DNA of 64,000 nucleotides from Octopus sinensis (GCF_006345805.1 NC_043003.1:44764001-44828000), one strand, 5' to 3'. Positions 40,591-55,989 are shown, numbered from the stretch's first letter. Translations and numbers: made by a program. Notes: generated from the letters alone by a model not told the origin.

Positions 40591-42789
40591 CCGTTGTCGT
40601 CGTCGTAGATGTAGTTTTTTTAATGTTTTATAAACATCAACACCACTATCACTGCTACAAATATCCTTACCATCATCATCATCGCCTTCCCCACCTTCAC
40701 CATTAAGACATGCAAGCATACAAATTTACATAATCAATTACTAGCATATGTTTTGATTACTGGATCCGTATTTGTGCGAGCATCTCGGCTACTCGTGTGG
40801 ACGTAAAAATGGGATCCGGTCCATTAAGTTTAAAATGCCGAAAACTATTACTTTACACTATAAATTTTCACATTTATCCAAAATAAGAGCAATGAACCAG
40901 GCGCTTATACCAATTCAGGGAGCCTTTAAACACCACATTATTTAATTCTTCAAATAACACATGAATGTCAATATTCGCGCATGAATAATATCTGCATAGA
41001 TTATGGGGTGGTTTAAAAGCATTAGGGTTGGAGATAAATCTGGAAAATTGATTTTGAATGCTGAAGCAGTATACTCACCGCGAGAAGGTGTACAGACAGC
41101 TGCACAGAGTAGGTACACAAAGGTGTAGTTCTGGCGAGGAAAACGCTTATGAAGTATCGAACGATGATGTAACATTGTTCTATCTGCAGTAATCTTCAAA
41201 ATGACAATAAGATACATAAATAAACTACAGATAAATGTAAGAAACAAAATACATTTAGTTAGGAATTGTACAACTAGAGAATACAGAAACGGTGAAAAAA
41301 AACAAGGAATTACATGACAAGGAATAGAAATACGGATGCAGTATAAACACATAGAGGCGAAAATCGACAGTCTCTGTGGATCTATAATTGAGTATGTCAC
41401 ACTCATCATAACGAGCTGTCAGAAAATGTGATCGATCTATGACGCATTTTCTTATCAAAATATTGTACGTTTCAATGTGTAGAAATTGGAAACATGACAA
41501 CAAAGATATAATATGTTACATGACGTGAAGATAATCATCTTTATAATATGGAAGAATGCATTTTACTGAATGCGGACCAAGGGAAAATTTCATGTACTCG
41601 AAGACATGTAAGTTTAATGCCATTAATGATCCGTTCAATGTTTTGCGTGTCAATATCTGTAGAAAAGAAAGGATCAAGGCGGAGATACGAATGAAATGTT
41701 GTTTTCTTGATGCGATTTATGCTTGACGTTTTTGCTCCTACGTAAGATACGATTTTGCATGTAGATTATTCTATTCGAGATGTCTTTCAGAACTAATACA
41801 TTTCTGGGATAGGTGTTGATTCTTTATTTTTCTGGGATAGGTGTATATAAAATGAATGCTTCGGAATGTATGATGAATGAACTTGCCGTATCATCGGCGT
41901 AAGATGGGCATTGTTGGCATGCTGGTAAGTAAGATTTTAAAGAAGTCAGTTAGTGACACAAGGTACATCAGACTCGGCTTTGAGAAAGGAGCTCCACCAA
42001 CGGGTGCCTTGACTTATCCACCGATTAGGAAAATACTGTTACAAACGTTAGAATAATGGTAAGAATTTCCCGTGTAAAATCTTAGCAAAATGAATGCATA
42101 ACAAATGTAAAGTAACTATCTGATAAAGAAGAAAGTAATTGTAAGCAAGAATGGAAATCAGTTAGTCTTTGAAAGTTAAAATAATGATTAAGAGAAAGAG
42201 GAGAGAAAATATTCGAAGCAAACTATACAAAAATCTGTTGTTTGTCCATGCAAACTCTTCCATATATTTCCGTTCTATTTAAAATTGTAGCAGCAGTTGA
42301 CAATAGGAGTAGTTTGATTTGGGGCTAGAAACAAAACAACTGCTCAATTCACTGGTGCAGGAATTACTTAGTGGAAGTATTGTATTGTCAAATTTGGAAG
42401 AGGACGGTCTCAAAACATGGGTCAGCATTAATTACAATATTTGCATTTGATACATGTTAGATATTCTCCCGCCATTGTGTTGTAATTTGATATGAGACTT
42501 TTGTGGGCATGTGTCAGTCTACTACAGTTATGTTCAGTTTTTAATCTAGTATTGTGGATGAATAATGTTAGAGAGTAGTATCTTTATTCAAATTGTAGAG
42601 GTCAGGAAAGATCTTATTATCAGAATATAAACACTGTTATATTTAATGATGCTGTTACAAATACGTTGATGTCAAATTAAAGTTATTGAAAATTAGATGT
42701 AAATAGATTTTGATCTGATTATTCAGATTTTATATATATGCATCAGTCCACTTATAACTACTTGGTGGTTGTCGGAATCCTCCCACAAC

Positions 42790-42945
<156 letters not shown>

Positions 42946-42959
42946 ATATATAAAGATAT

Positions 42960-43100
42960 AAACGACGTGCTGCCTTCAGTGTCCGTCTACCAAATCCACT
43001 CACAGATTTTAGGTCAGCCTGAAGCTTTCGTACAAGACACTCGCCCAAGGTTCCACTTTGTGAGACTGAAACCGGAACCATGTGGTTGTTAAGCAAAGTG
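42960..43100 (-). mobile_element. tRNA-derived SINE family B copy
   Basis: ccgtctaccaaatccactcac..aagacactcgcccaagg..gaaccatgtggttg is the reverse of the family B head seen at 11053. Confidence 0.8.
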
Positions 43101-43379
43101 ACTAAAATTGGACTAATATAATATTATATTAATAAATTAGCAGCAGTTCACAAAGAATCAGTTCCCTGTGAGATGTTAATACAGCGCGTTTGACCTCCTG
43201 TAAAAGTGGACGTAGTGTGTCATGTGAATACTTGCTTTTTCCCCATCTTCGTTAATTTATTTATCCAACAACAATACCTAAAAGTGGCAATGAGTTGTTC
43301 GAAGCTTTCGTTCGACGTTTACTTAATTTATCTATTTATTTATTTTTTGGTACGAAACTAAATAAAAAATCGTTTTAAC

Positions 43380-44140
43380 ATGGAAGATTTATTCGCCAGC
43401 GTGGTTCAGTTGCAACAGCAAGAGCAGCAGCAACTTCTACTGCAGCAAAAGCAATTACAACAGCACTGCAACAGCACCAACAACAGCAACCACAACAACT
43501 ATAGCAGCGACAACAACAAAATTAACAGATGGAATCAATGTTGAGGAAGTCTGAAAATACTTCTGGTACGAACTCACCAGATAGCCTAGCAAACTCAATT
43601 AAAGAAATCAGTTATAATCAAGAAGGCGGGATTACCTTCTCTGCATATTTTCGAAGATACGAAGAAATCTTCAAAGGAAAATGTAAGAGTTAGACGAAAG
43701 TATTCCCTAGACGAACACGAAAAATATAGTAACTGTATTCGGTTGAAGAAACCAGGTGAGGTTTGTTTCTATAAAGCAATGTTCATGGAAAATATTCAGC
43801 GATTGCTATAGGAAATTCACATTGGTCAAAAAGGAATTTCGAGAATGAAATTATTAATGAGAAGTTATGTATATTGGCCAAAAATGGGCCGAGGCATTCA
43901 AGAAGTAGGGAAAGCATGCTGAGAGTGTACCCTAGCTGCACCAGCACCTACCAAAATTAGATATTCCTTCGCCCAGACTGCATGTTGATTACGCAGGTTC
44001 ACTTTAGGGTTCACATTGCCTTGTTGTGGCGGATAGTTTTTCAGAGTAGCCTGAAGTGCATAAGTGTAAGGTAACTGGCAGTTCACGAATGACGTTACGC
44101 AAAACATTTCCAATACCATTTTCCGCTCGCAAAGCTGCAA
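43380..44140 (+). mobile_element. Ty3/Gypsy relic: gag N-terminus joined directly to integrase
   Basis: MEDLF..polyQ..SPDSLANSIKEISYNQEGGITFSAYFRRYEEIF, then HIGQKGISRMKLLMRSYVYWPKM..C..C and RLHVDYAGSL..LVVADSFS. PBS-like aagtggcaatgag near 43283. Confidence 0.85.
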
Positions 44141-44471
44141 TCGCGGTATCTCCAACAGGTTCCACGTTTTCCGAAATCAGTCTTGACAGACAATCTCCAT
44201 GATGGTATATACTCTATCATAGTTTAATAATATCGTACCCCAGTGTTGTAACCTATTAGTAGTATGCATAGGTATTCCTTTTTTTCGACCTAAGTATCAA
44301 TAATAACGGACGGTGATCATTCTCTAGACGAAAACGTCTACCGTGCAAAAATCTGTGAAATTTATTTACAACAAAAATGAACGCTAGATGTACTTTTTAG
44401 ATTTGACCATATTTTTCCTCTACTGATATCAGAGAACTTGAAGCATAAAACACCGCCTTCATATTACCATC

Positions 44472-44512
<41 letters not shown>

Positions 44513-44569
44513 CGGGAAGCTTTATGAAAATAGACAAAAGACGAAGGCAGGTGGAAAACAAACGAACAA

Positions 44570-44660
44570 TTGTATTAGTATGGCGCTCAGGAAATATAAA
44601 TAAAACAAGTCTTAACGTTTCGAGCCTACGCTCTTCAACAGAAAGATACACAGAGAGAAA
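44570..44660 (-). ncRNA. Candidate minimal type I hammerhead, family H2 (core CUGUUGA), fold 44610-44645
   Basis: Minus strand reads cttt CTGTTGA A GAGC gtag GCTC GAAA CG T T AAGA. Helix II is a perfect 4 bp. Confidence 0.6.
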
Positions 44661-44754
44661 AAAAACACACAAAGAAGGAGAGAAAAAAAAAAAAAACACA
44701 GAAAGAAGGAGAGAAAAAAATGCGTGCAGTAGCTAACAAATCAACATGGCGATC

Positions 44755-46530
<1,776 letters not shown>

Positions 46531-47240
46531 TTCACCTTTATATCAAAGGTTAACCGTAGACTGCTACAACACGAACTGCCAAACGTGCATAATTCTTTGA
46601 CTGTCTCATTGTTTATAACAATGAGACAGTCAAACTTTTGTCACTGCAGAGTTGGTCGGAATCCTTCCACCACAATATCTATATTAATTGGTTGAACAGA
46701 GAATATTAACGTCAGAGAAAATTAAAATATGTGGATGAAAGATGTTTTGCTGAGAAAGATACAATGCAGGAAACGTCTCTGCACTAAGATCTAATAGATA
46801 TTCTCTAAACCGATGATGGAGGTTCGTCTTATCCAAAGTCAGTTGCATCCGTACGGTCATGTATTGTGATGACCTACATATACCAATATTATTGTGGATC
46901 TTCGAGCCCCTCCCCACGAAAGAGTTGTTATACTTGTAATACCTTTCTACCAGCCCTGAAATTTTCTCTGTCGTTTGTACTTTGTGTAAGTTGGATATAC
47001 ATATCTATATATTTACACTAAAATATTCATCTGAAAGCCTCCACTTTTTACCTTCTCTCACTTTGCATGTATACATATATACATAATTTGTATTTAATAC
47101 TTAAAATATTACGTGTAATACATTCAATATATTTAATTATCTAATCTGTTTCTTAGCATAGTTGTATCTCTCTCTTCCTTTCACCCTCTCTTTCTGTTTC
47201 TTACTTTTTTCTCTCTCTTTCCCTCTCTCTCTTTCTGTAC

Positions 47241-47271
<31 letters not shown>

Positions 47272-47294
47272 GTGTGTGTGTGTGTGTGTGTGTG

Positions 47295-47340
<46 letters not shown>

Positions 47341-48219
47341 CTTTATTTGTGTATTTAAGCTAGCATAGGGTTCATGTTAAGAAAAATAGAAAAATATCTT
47401 AATATTTTAACAATTTTTCAAACCGGCCAAATGGAGGAATGGTGTTCGTCTCCATTTTGGATAAAAGCACAAAGTCTCTCAATTCGTGGAGATTCTCCTT
47501 AAGAAAGCAATACATTGAAGAGTGTATTAAATAGACATCCAATATATCTCCCCTCTCTCTCTCTCTCTCTTTTCCTCTCCTCTTTCCGAAACTGGAGTCC
47601 TTTTCAAAACTTACCTTTACTTTTCCCCACTTGCAGCACGTTATTCTTCAAAGCATCTACTACAGAAAAACTATATGGCTTGCAATGAATCGGTGAGGAC
47701 GCCAGTAGAAGTGGTATGAGATAACCCACAGACTATTATAGAAAACCTTTATGTTGCTAGTTGACAAACTTTTGTTCATACACTGACCTGTAACGAAACA
47801 GAGAAGCATGATGCACGTTAAATCACTCGAATTACGCTATCTAGAGTTACCATTCATTTCATTGAGATTGTCATTGAAATCTCAGTTAACTGTATGGCTG
47901 CTAGTATCGATGTGCAACAGATTATTTCACGTTAAGATTTATGGCATACTTGTAGTTTCTGATAAGTGGGTGTCCAAAGCGAACAAAAGGAATTTCATAT
48001 TCGAAACGACTGATTTATTCGTTCCTGATTAAAAAATAAAACACCCAAAAAATGATGTTGTAGGATATTATTATTTGGCTGATGGTAATATTGTCTTGCG
48101 TAAAGAAATATATTAAAGGTTATTAACCATGATGAATGAAATTAAGTAATCTAGTAAACAAATCGATGTAATGACATAAGGAATTTATTTATTGCTGCCG
48201 TTGATTCGCTAATTTCTTT

Positions 48220-49238
48220 TGCTGCGGTTGTAATTCATGTTGTTCTTGATGTTGTTGTTATTACTGGTGATTGTGGTGACAGTGGTGTGGGAGTTGTTCA
48301 TTTAACTTCCTGTTATTGGATCGGAGTATCTTACATGATTGACTTTTTCTAATTAAAGCTAATTGCCCTTTTGGAGAATAATTTGACCCGAGATAATGTT
48401 GATTCGGTTGATGTTGGCGCGTTTTATTATGAATGTGTGGTGGTGGCGTAAAACGGCGAGGACGGTGTATATTGGTGCAGAGATGGAGATGTTTACGAAA
48501 TCATATATAACCTTGGAAGGGGGTGTGTGTTTTGCTGGTTTGCCGCGGGTATTGACGTATCTATTTTTCATCTTTATCGTTTTTGTAATTTCCCTCAAGG
48601 GCATTCATGTTGTAGCTGTGGAATACAAAGTATTAATGATGATGATATATGAAGGTAATGATGATGACGACGATGATGACGACGATGGTGACGATGACCA
48701 TGACGACAGCGACAACGACGATGACAATGCTAACAACACGTACGACGACCATGAGAATCATGACGGCATCAATTGTGATAATGAACACGAATAAGGTAAA
48801 GGTGAGGTTGTTCCAACTGATGATGTATCGTTTTTGTTGATGATGACGATGCTAATGGCAATGATGATTATGATGATGGTGATGGCTTTGTTCATGACGA
48901 TGAGCGTGGTGTTGATGATGGCAGTGATTATGGAAATAATTGACTACTAATTATCAGTTTCACTGTGCAATCGTGTTTAGACCGATGACATTAATGAAAA
49001 CGATAATCATGATGATGTTAATAACGATGAGCGTGATGATAATAGCAGTGATCACAATGTTGTTGCTCCTGCTGCTGCTGCCGCTGCTGCTGGTGATGTT
49101 CATGATGATGCCGATTATGTTGGCTACGTTGATGGTATTTACTGAAAGCGATCAGTATTAGGGTGTGGCTGTTTGGCATTCAGCACTAGCAGTAGTTGCG
49201 GCGATTGCAGCAGAAGCAGAAGCAGTGGTAGCAGCTGC

Positions 49239-49282
<44 letters not shown>

Positions 49283-49345
49283 CAGCAGCAGCAGTGGCAG
49301 CAGCAGCAGCAGCAGAAACACCGGTAGTAGTAGTAGTACTAGCAA
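48220..49345. repeat. About 1.1 kb degenerate compound trinucleotide tract (GTT/GTG/GAT/GAC/GCT/GCA/GTA)
   Basis: Directly visible. Source of the poly-D/M/V/S ORFs in the track. Confidence 0.9.
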
Positions 49346-50246
49346 CAATTTTTTTTTTAAGTGGAAGAGCTCACTTCATTACTGATGTGTCAATCAATTA
49401 TATCTATGATGTACCTGACATTGACAGGACGTCTGAATGCTAGAGCACATTCTACGAATATTTTTTTTTTTTTTACGATTGACTCCCGGAAAATATCTAT
49501 TACCCATTCTATTCAAGTGGGCATAATTTCCAAGTGGATAATAAATTACTGTAGGAACTCATGAATGTTAGTTAACATCTGTTGTAGATTTTGTATTTTG
49601 TGAAATAAGAAACAGAATTTGCACCCTATAATCTATTGAATAATATCAAGAATGAAGGAGGTGGTAAGACTACATTAATATTCATAAATCTAAAGCAAAT
49701 ATGTATAGGTGAAAATAATGAGGGAAGCAAGTAATTAGGTAATGCATGACAAGGATATTTAATTTCTTTTAATTTAATCTAAATTTAACTACATAACGAA
49801 TGGGAAAATAGTAACAAAATAGTTATTGACGCACACTCAGCATCCAAATACTATCTACCCACCCCTACATAATACTGAAGAGATGGAGCTAGCATGGTGG
49901 TTATCGTGACCTCTTGGCAGAAACAGCCGTAAGGAACTGACCTTTAATCTTTTAATCTTTTATGTATTACTAGTATATATTTGTGTAGCACATAGTCTTT
50001 GCATGTATATGTATTCTTATAATACTCCCTTTTGTTTTGGAATAAATAGACATAATAGAATGTCTACCGGCTGGTGTATATCATTTTTGTATCCCCCTCC
50101 CCATTTTCTTTTTGCTGTATAAATTAAGGTTAAACCACTTTTTACCCCCGCCCATATATGGCACTCGATTGCGAAATTGCCACGCAATAACCAGCACTTG
50201 GGTATTAATAACTGGGCACATTACCAACAGTATATTAGATAGGTGT

Positions 50247-50545
50247 GGAGGCGCAATGGCCTAGTGGTTAGGGCAGCGGACTGGCGGTCGCAGGATCGCG
50301 GTTTCGATTCCCAGACCGGGCGTTGTGAGTGTTTATTGAACGAAAACACCTAAAAGCTCCACGAGGCTCCGGCAGGGGGTGGTGATCCCTGCTGTACTCT
50401 TTCACCACTCTTTCTCCCACTCTTTCTTCTATTGGCCTGCTCGCTTAGCCAGCGGGTTGGCGTCATTCGAAGGCTAAAAACAATGCGAACGCATTGTGAC
50501 CAGCGATGTGTAACTACATCTGATGGTATGGTCGGTCACGTGATG
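50247..50545 (+). mobile_element. tRNA-derived SINE family C (resembles the octopus OK/OR families), near full length
   Basis: Head ggaggcgcaatggcctagtggttagggcagcggac..ggtttcgattcccagacc with A and B boxes; body tgtgagtgtttattg..ctccacgaggctccggcaggg. Confidence 0.9.
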
Positions 50546-50616
50546 ATGGTGCTGACGTGATATTAGATAGGTACTATGCCTTTGTTGGTTGGCTTCCCAA
50601 CCTCTAATTCTCACAG

Positions 50617-50650
<34 letters not shown>

Positions 50651-51329
50651 AATTCTGCTTTGAGTTACATATATCATAGGAAAATGCCGATATCATAACT
50701 GCTGGTCATCATCTATGAACACTGTATATGTATGATCTGTCCTCGACAGCTACAGCAAGGACTACAAAGCCTTGGCCAACAGGGAGGGGTACATCAGGCG
50801 CTCTTCCTGCGTTCGCGCACCGCAGTTTACCTTAAGCTATTTGGACTGCTATATGTAGTTGCTGGAGACAGTGCTCAAATTCTGACTGGAGATGGTTGCT
50901 GCTCTTAGGCTATCTGTGTGAGTGTAGGATTCGCTTAAATGTCATACATTAGGAAAATGTTTCATTTGGTTGTCAGAGAATTTCTGTGTCTTCATACGTC
51001 CCGATTTCTGAACTCCTAAGTCTCCTGATTGTAATTACATGGTTGGCTATATGTGGGGCGCAGATTTTATGGCAATATCAAAGATATGCTCGGAGATTTT
51101 CCCTGGGACATAGTAGGAACACATGAACCAGGTTCCGGATACATACTGAGGCTGTGGTGGAAACTGAGGACGGCTACTTTGTGCATATTTACGTGTTACA
51201 GTCATTTCCATACATTTTTCATAGAAATTATAGCCAGCACCGATTTTTCTTACTAACTTCCGTATGAAAGACGTGAGATGTAATGTAAGTAAACACTGCT
51301 GTTTAATTTTGTTTTTGGTATTTTTTTGT

Positions 51330-51665
51330 GTTCATCTCACTCTCGGACATGAAACGTCGTAACAAAATCAGTGCTGGCTATTGGTTCTATAGAAAATCTG
51401 TAGAGGTGACATGAACACGCGATTTAAGTACACTGCTACCACTGTTGTATACAGCATTGACTTATTACAAAAAACATTTGATATACTTTGTAGCATATTA
51501 CAGTTGCATAACAAAATACCGTGTACCAACATCATGAATATTAGAATATACTCAAATATTAATGTTATCTACATTATTTGCAATTGACGGATATTTGTTC
51601 TCATCTTGTTTGTTGTTAACATTTCGGCTGATATACTCTCTAGGCTTCATCAGGTTCCTTCGGGA
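51330..51665 (-). mobile_element. HHR family H1 repeat, inverted, immediately upstream of the Penelope ORF
   Basis: Minus strand reads gaac CTGATGA AGCCT..tatat CAGCC GAAA tgttaacaacaaacaagatgagaacaaatatccgtc, matching the 28028-28100 and 3841-3890 copies. Confidence 0.8.
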
Positions 51666-53640
51666 AAAGAAAAAAAATTAAATAACGAAATCAAAGAGAA
51701 GTTGTCTTTATTACCTAGAAAAATAACCAGAGATGATGATAGAAAGCGAATCCAACAGTGTCTAAAAATGTCATACATGAAAGAATTTGAAATAGTGAAC
51801 ACACGCCAGATTCAGACATTTACGAAGCTCAAAGGTCGGAGAATGAAGACTGAAGTCGGTCACCCACCTGTGAAAGCAGTAACTAATGTAAGTAGCCGAT
51901 ATCTAGCAAGCTCTGAAGAAGTAGTACTAAACAAAGGTCACAACTTTGCGACAACCAACAAGAGCTTTCTATACTTGGACATAATAACACCTATTTAAGA
52001 GATAGCCATAAAGATACCAAAATCTCAAGGAGATTAACTAATGTGGAAAGTAAGACAGGTACTAGAAAAAGCGATACTTCCCAATCCAAACAGCACTAAG
52101 GAAGAAACATTCGCTATCAAAAGACTACAGAGTGACAATACCATCATAAAACTACCAGCAGACAAGGGGAATTCTACTGTGGTGATGAACAACTCTGACT
52201 ACGCGGAAAAAAATGACAACTATTATAAGTGATGGTATCTACAGTAAAGAAAGACCCTACTTTGAAAACAGAGTGGAAGCTGTCACAGATCTTGATCAAG
52301 AACACGGATCACTTTACACCAATGAAGTACAGACAAATGACTCAACACTACAGTAAACTACCACACATGTACGGTCTTCCTAAGATTCACAAGGATGGTA
52401 TTCCATTAAGACTTACAGTAATGTGTAGAGGTTCAGCATGTTAGTCACCGAGCCGCTTCCTTGGGGATATAATCAGTCCATTAGCAGGAAAGTCAACATC
52501 GTACGTGAAGAATTCCACCCTCTTCACTGAATTGATCAAGGATACCTCTATTGAATCCAAGCAGATGGTGAGTCTAGATGTGGTAAAACTGTTCACCAAA
52601 GTCACAACTGGTGAAGCACTATCGGTGATTCAAGAAAAGCTAGTGAGAGACACTCATCTAAAAGAATGTACTAGTATACCAATGAGAAACTTGATGAAAA
52701 TATTGACCTTCTTTGTACAAACTACCTACTTCAGTAAGGACACTGATATATATCGACATAAAGTGGGTTTAGCTATGGGTTCGCCATTATCACCGATAAT
52801 AGCCAATACATACATGGAATACTTTAAGAATTTGGCTTTAGGATGAACACCACTAAAACCAAACATATGGCTACGATATTTTGATGGCAGATTCCTACTT
52901 TGGCCCCACCAGGACGATGTCCAAGTGCTGTTAGATAATGTGAACATAATAAAGCCATCCATATAATTCACAATGGAAAAAGGAAAAGACAATCAGCTGG
53001 CATTCCTGGACGTATTAATAACACGCACCAAGTATGGATTCAGGACATCCGTATACCGCAGGCCGACCTTCACTTGACGATACCTCAACTTCAACTCCCA
53101 CCATCGATACAGTGTAATGAGAGAGGTTACTCAGTGCCTAAAACATCGAGCACTGAATATAAGTAGCGATTGTGATACCCACCACGAAGAAATGATAAAG
53201 CTCAGTAATGATCTAGTAAGCAACAACTACCCCAAAAACATAACATCCACTCCAATTATGAAGAAAAGATAGGATGAAACCGATAAACTGTCCACAGTCT
53301 GTCTACCCTATGTGAAAGGCCTCTTCGAAAAGATACAAAAGATACGCGGCCCATATAACATCAGAGCAGAATTCAAAAGTAATACAACAATTCGCAAATA
53401 TCCCCTTCGAGTAAAACCACCAATAGAAGAGAATATGACTAAGAACTGCGTGTTCTCCATCCCATGTAGCTGTGGTAGGTTATACAAAGGCAAAACATGC
53501 CGCCCCCTCAAAATAAGGGTAGAGGAACGTCGCAAAGATGTGACACGGGGAGATATTGATAAATCGGTTATAGTAATCATGTATGGAAAAATGGAGACCA
53601 CCTCCCCCTGTGGGATGAAGTTAACATAACAGACACAGAA
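51660..53640 (+). mobile_element. Penelope-like retroelement, degraded RT plus GIY-YIG endonuclease
   Basis: VLNKGHNFA; PADKGNSTVVMN; YGLPKIHKDGIPLR; SLDVVKLFTKV; AMGSPLSPIIANTYME; WLRYFDG; NQLAFLDVLI; SVYRRPTFT; NCVFSIPCSCGRLYKGKTCRPLKIR. Multiple stops and frameshifts. Confidence 0.95.
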
Positions 53641-53708
53641 CACCAGTAGGTGAAACCTCCATTGTTTGCATACAGTTGTGCACGATTAGATTTCATAATC
53701 ACTGGGTA

Positions 53709-53764
53709 TTTCGCAAATCGAACAAGGAAAGACTTAATCAATACATAAAAATTTTAATATAAAG

Positions 53765-53799
<35 letters not shown>

Positions 53800-53900
53800 A
53801 CCGCCACTATTTATTTTATTTACTTTATATTAAATTTTTTATGTATTGATTAAGTCTTTCCTTGTTCGATTTGCGAAATTGTGGTTTCGTCTCGAATTAA
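53709..53900. repeat. Inverted pair of family H3 tails
   Basis: Arms about 53709-53773 and 53814-53878 are near-perfect complements and match 33552-33655. Confidence 0.9.
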
Positions 53901-55265
53901 TATTATATATATATATATATTGGTTGTGTGTGTGAGAGAGAGAGAGAGAGAGATACATACGTAAGTGTGCCCGTGTGCGAGTGCGTACTTGCGTTATATC
54001 GACATACATTTATAATATTAACTTTATATATACCTGGTGATATTGCATTTTTAAGACCTTGTTAAAATCAAAAACTAAAATTGTGAACATTAAATAAAAA
54101 AAAAAACGTATTGAAACGCTGCAAATAGCGACATACGTAAAATTTAAAACGTTATAAGTGAAAGTGAAATAAATAAATTGGGAATAACTCTAAAGTATTT
54201 AATAGCTTTTGCATTTTTTGCAATAAGTGCATGATATAAAACAAGGAAAAGCAAAATTGAATTAGTTGTAATAAAAAAGGCTCAATGGTGGTTGGATTTA
54301 TACGCTAGCAATTGTTATTTGGTCACATGCTTTAGTGTTTGTAATAATTTAGCAAAGGAACGTTTGTGATAGCATCAATTAGTGGTTAAGGTTGCAAAGC
54401 TCAGCTGAATGCTGGATGTATTAAAACATTTAAGATATCGGTGTAAAGAAGCTCATTAATGGGTACAGTAAAACAATGCAATAATGATTGCCATGAAACT
54501 ACGAACGAATGATAATGGCACAGATAATTACTGTTTGTAATGATATTTCGATCGTGTCTATAAAGACATTGCAGTGTCGATTGCAATGAAATAGTATGGC
54601 CATGGTTGTAATTACAGCGATATTTGATAGTTATTTTTTTTTTCTCAATGATTGAGCTAAATCTTGGTTGTAATGAAACATTTCACAGATGATCGTACAG
54701 AATGTTATTCCTTGTAATATTACAACATTATGGGAATCAAATGTAATATCATATTACTGATGGTAATGACTAAATTGTTTTGTGAATTCTTTAATGATCC
54801 TCCAGTGCTAGTTGTATTGCAGCAGGCACACGGTAGTTACAAAAACAGAACCCTGTGATATGTTAATAAAAGATCATCTCAAGTGACAGAAAAAGTATTC
54901 ACTCTCCTTTCCATTTACTCTGTCGTAACTAAGACAATTTGATTCGTGAGTAATCAAGTCCCTAATCTGGTCTCTAATAGAATCGAACATATTGTGTCTT
55001 CCACAAGTTCATATGCACTCAGTTTGGTTCATCATTTTTATACTCACCATTCGCTAATGTAAGCTTTTTTTCTTAATCTTCTCATTGTTTTGATTGCTGT
55101 TGTCTTTTGGCTGAACAAAAACGGTTGCACAGATTTGAGGAGAATGCTTAAATTAAATGTAAAAGCAATTTCAAGAAAAAAGCAGGAATTAAATGCAACA
55201 AACATACACTGGAAATATGAAACCATCAGAGTTATGGTGTCATTAATCACTTTACTCTTATGATT

Positions 55266-55503
55266 CAATTGCAGCGTGGAAGGTGTTTGTAAGCCATTTA
55301 AGAAACACACAAAAGCCGTTCGATTCACTTCAACATTTAAGTTTAATCTGTCAAAAGATGCAGCACGGAATTTTGTCAGTGAACAGGTCACGGTCTTAAA
55401 GCGACGAAAATATTTTGACAGATTAAACTTAAATGTTGAAGTGAATCGAACGGCTTTTGTGTGTTTCTTAAATGGCTTTCAAACACCTTCCACGCTGCAA
55501 TTG
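55266..55503. repeat. 91 bp inverted repeat enclosing a variant hammerhead (family H5)
   Basis: Arms 55266-55356 and 55413-55503 differ at about 1 position. A related loop-less derivative lies at about 32686-32835. Confidence 0.95.
55374..55420 (+). ncRNA. Candidate hammerhead with G3:C8 swapped core (GUGAACA)
   Basis: TGTCA GTGAACA G GTCAC ggtcttaaa GCGAC GAAA ATAT T T TGACA. All three helices are present and helix III is the palindrome AAUAUU. Confidence 0.62.
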
Positions 55504-55989
55504 TTTTCGTTTCAGCACACGATCGCAGATCAAATCACTTGCTATGCAGGTACACATCCTCTTATGATTCAGTTTATCATTTAGTATGGACTGCGCCTAT
55601 ATGTGTGTGCATGAGCATATGTATTTGTGTTTGTGTGTGCATATACATGTATATATAGCATATGTATGTTTACGCATATATTTACACAAATAAATAGACA
55701 AACAGGCAAACATAAATACCAACATACATAAATATATGCATGTATCCTTATATACGTACATACATGCATACATACTTACATGCATACATTCATACTTGTA
55801 CGAATACAATAAGTGCATACTGTTCAACATTATTCGGTTTTCTCTGAAATTCGAAAACGCAGGCGCGGTCAAAGATTATATATAGATTCATTTATTTGGG
55901 TGATACTTCAGTTAACGACACTTGTATCAGCTTCGTTTAAAATCATGAATTTGATGTGTAAATGTGTCATTGCAGTAATTTGGAATCTT

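Noticed and set aside
40942-41409. 155 aa minus-strand ORF as a stand-alone gene
   Set aside because: No recognisable domain and composition typical of AT-rich non-coding DNA. Only a 105 nt internal part has splice-like borders.
46805-46850. CCGATGA T GGA...TCC AAAG hammerhead-like remnant
   Set aside because: Both core halves are mutated and no convincing helix I/III forms.
50247-50320. Genuine tRNA gene
   Set aside because: It continues into a typical SINE body, so it is a tRNA-derived head only.
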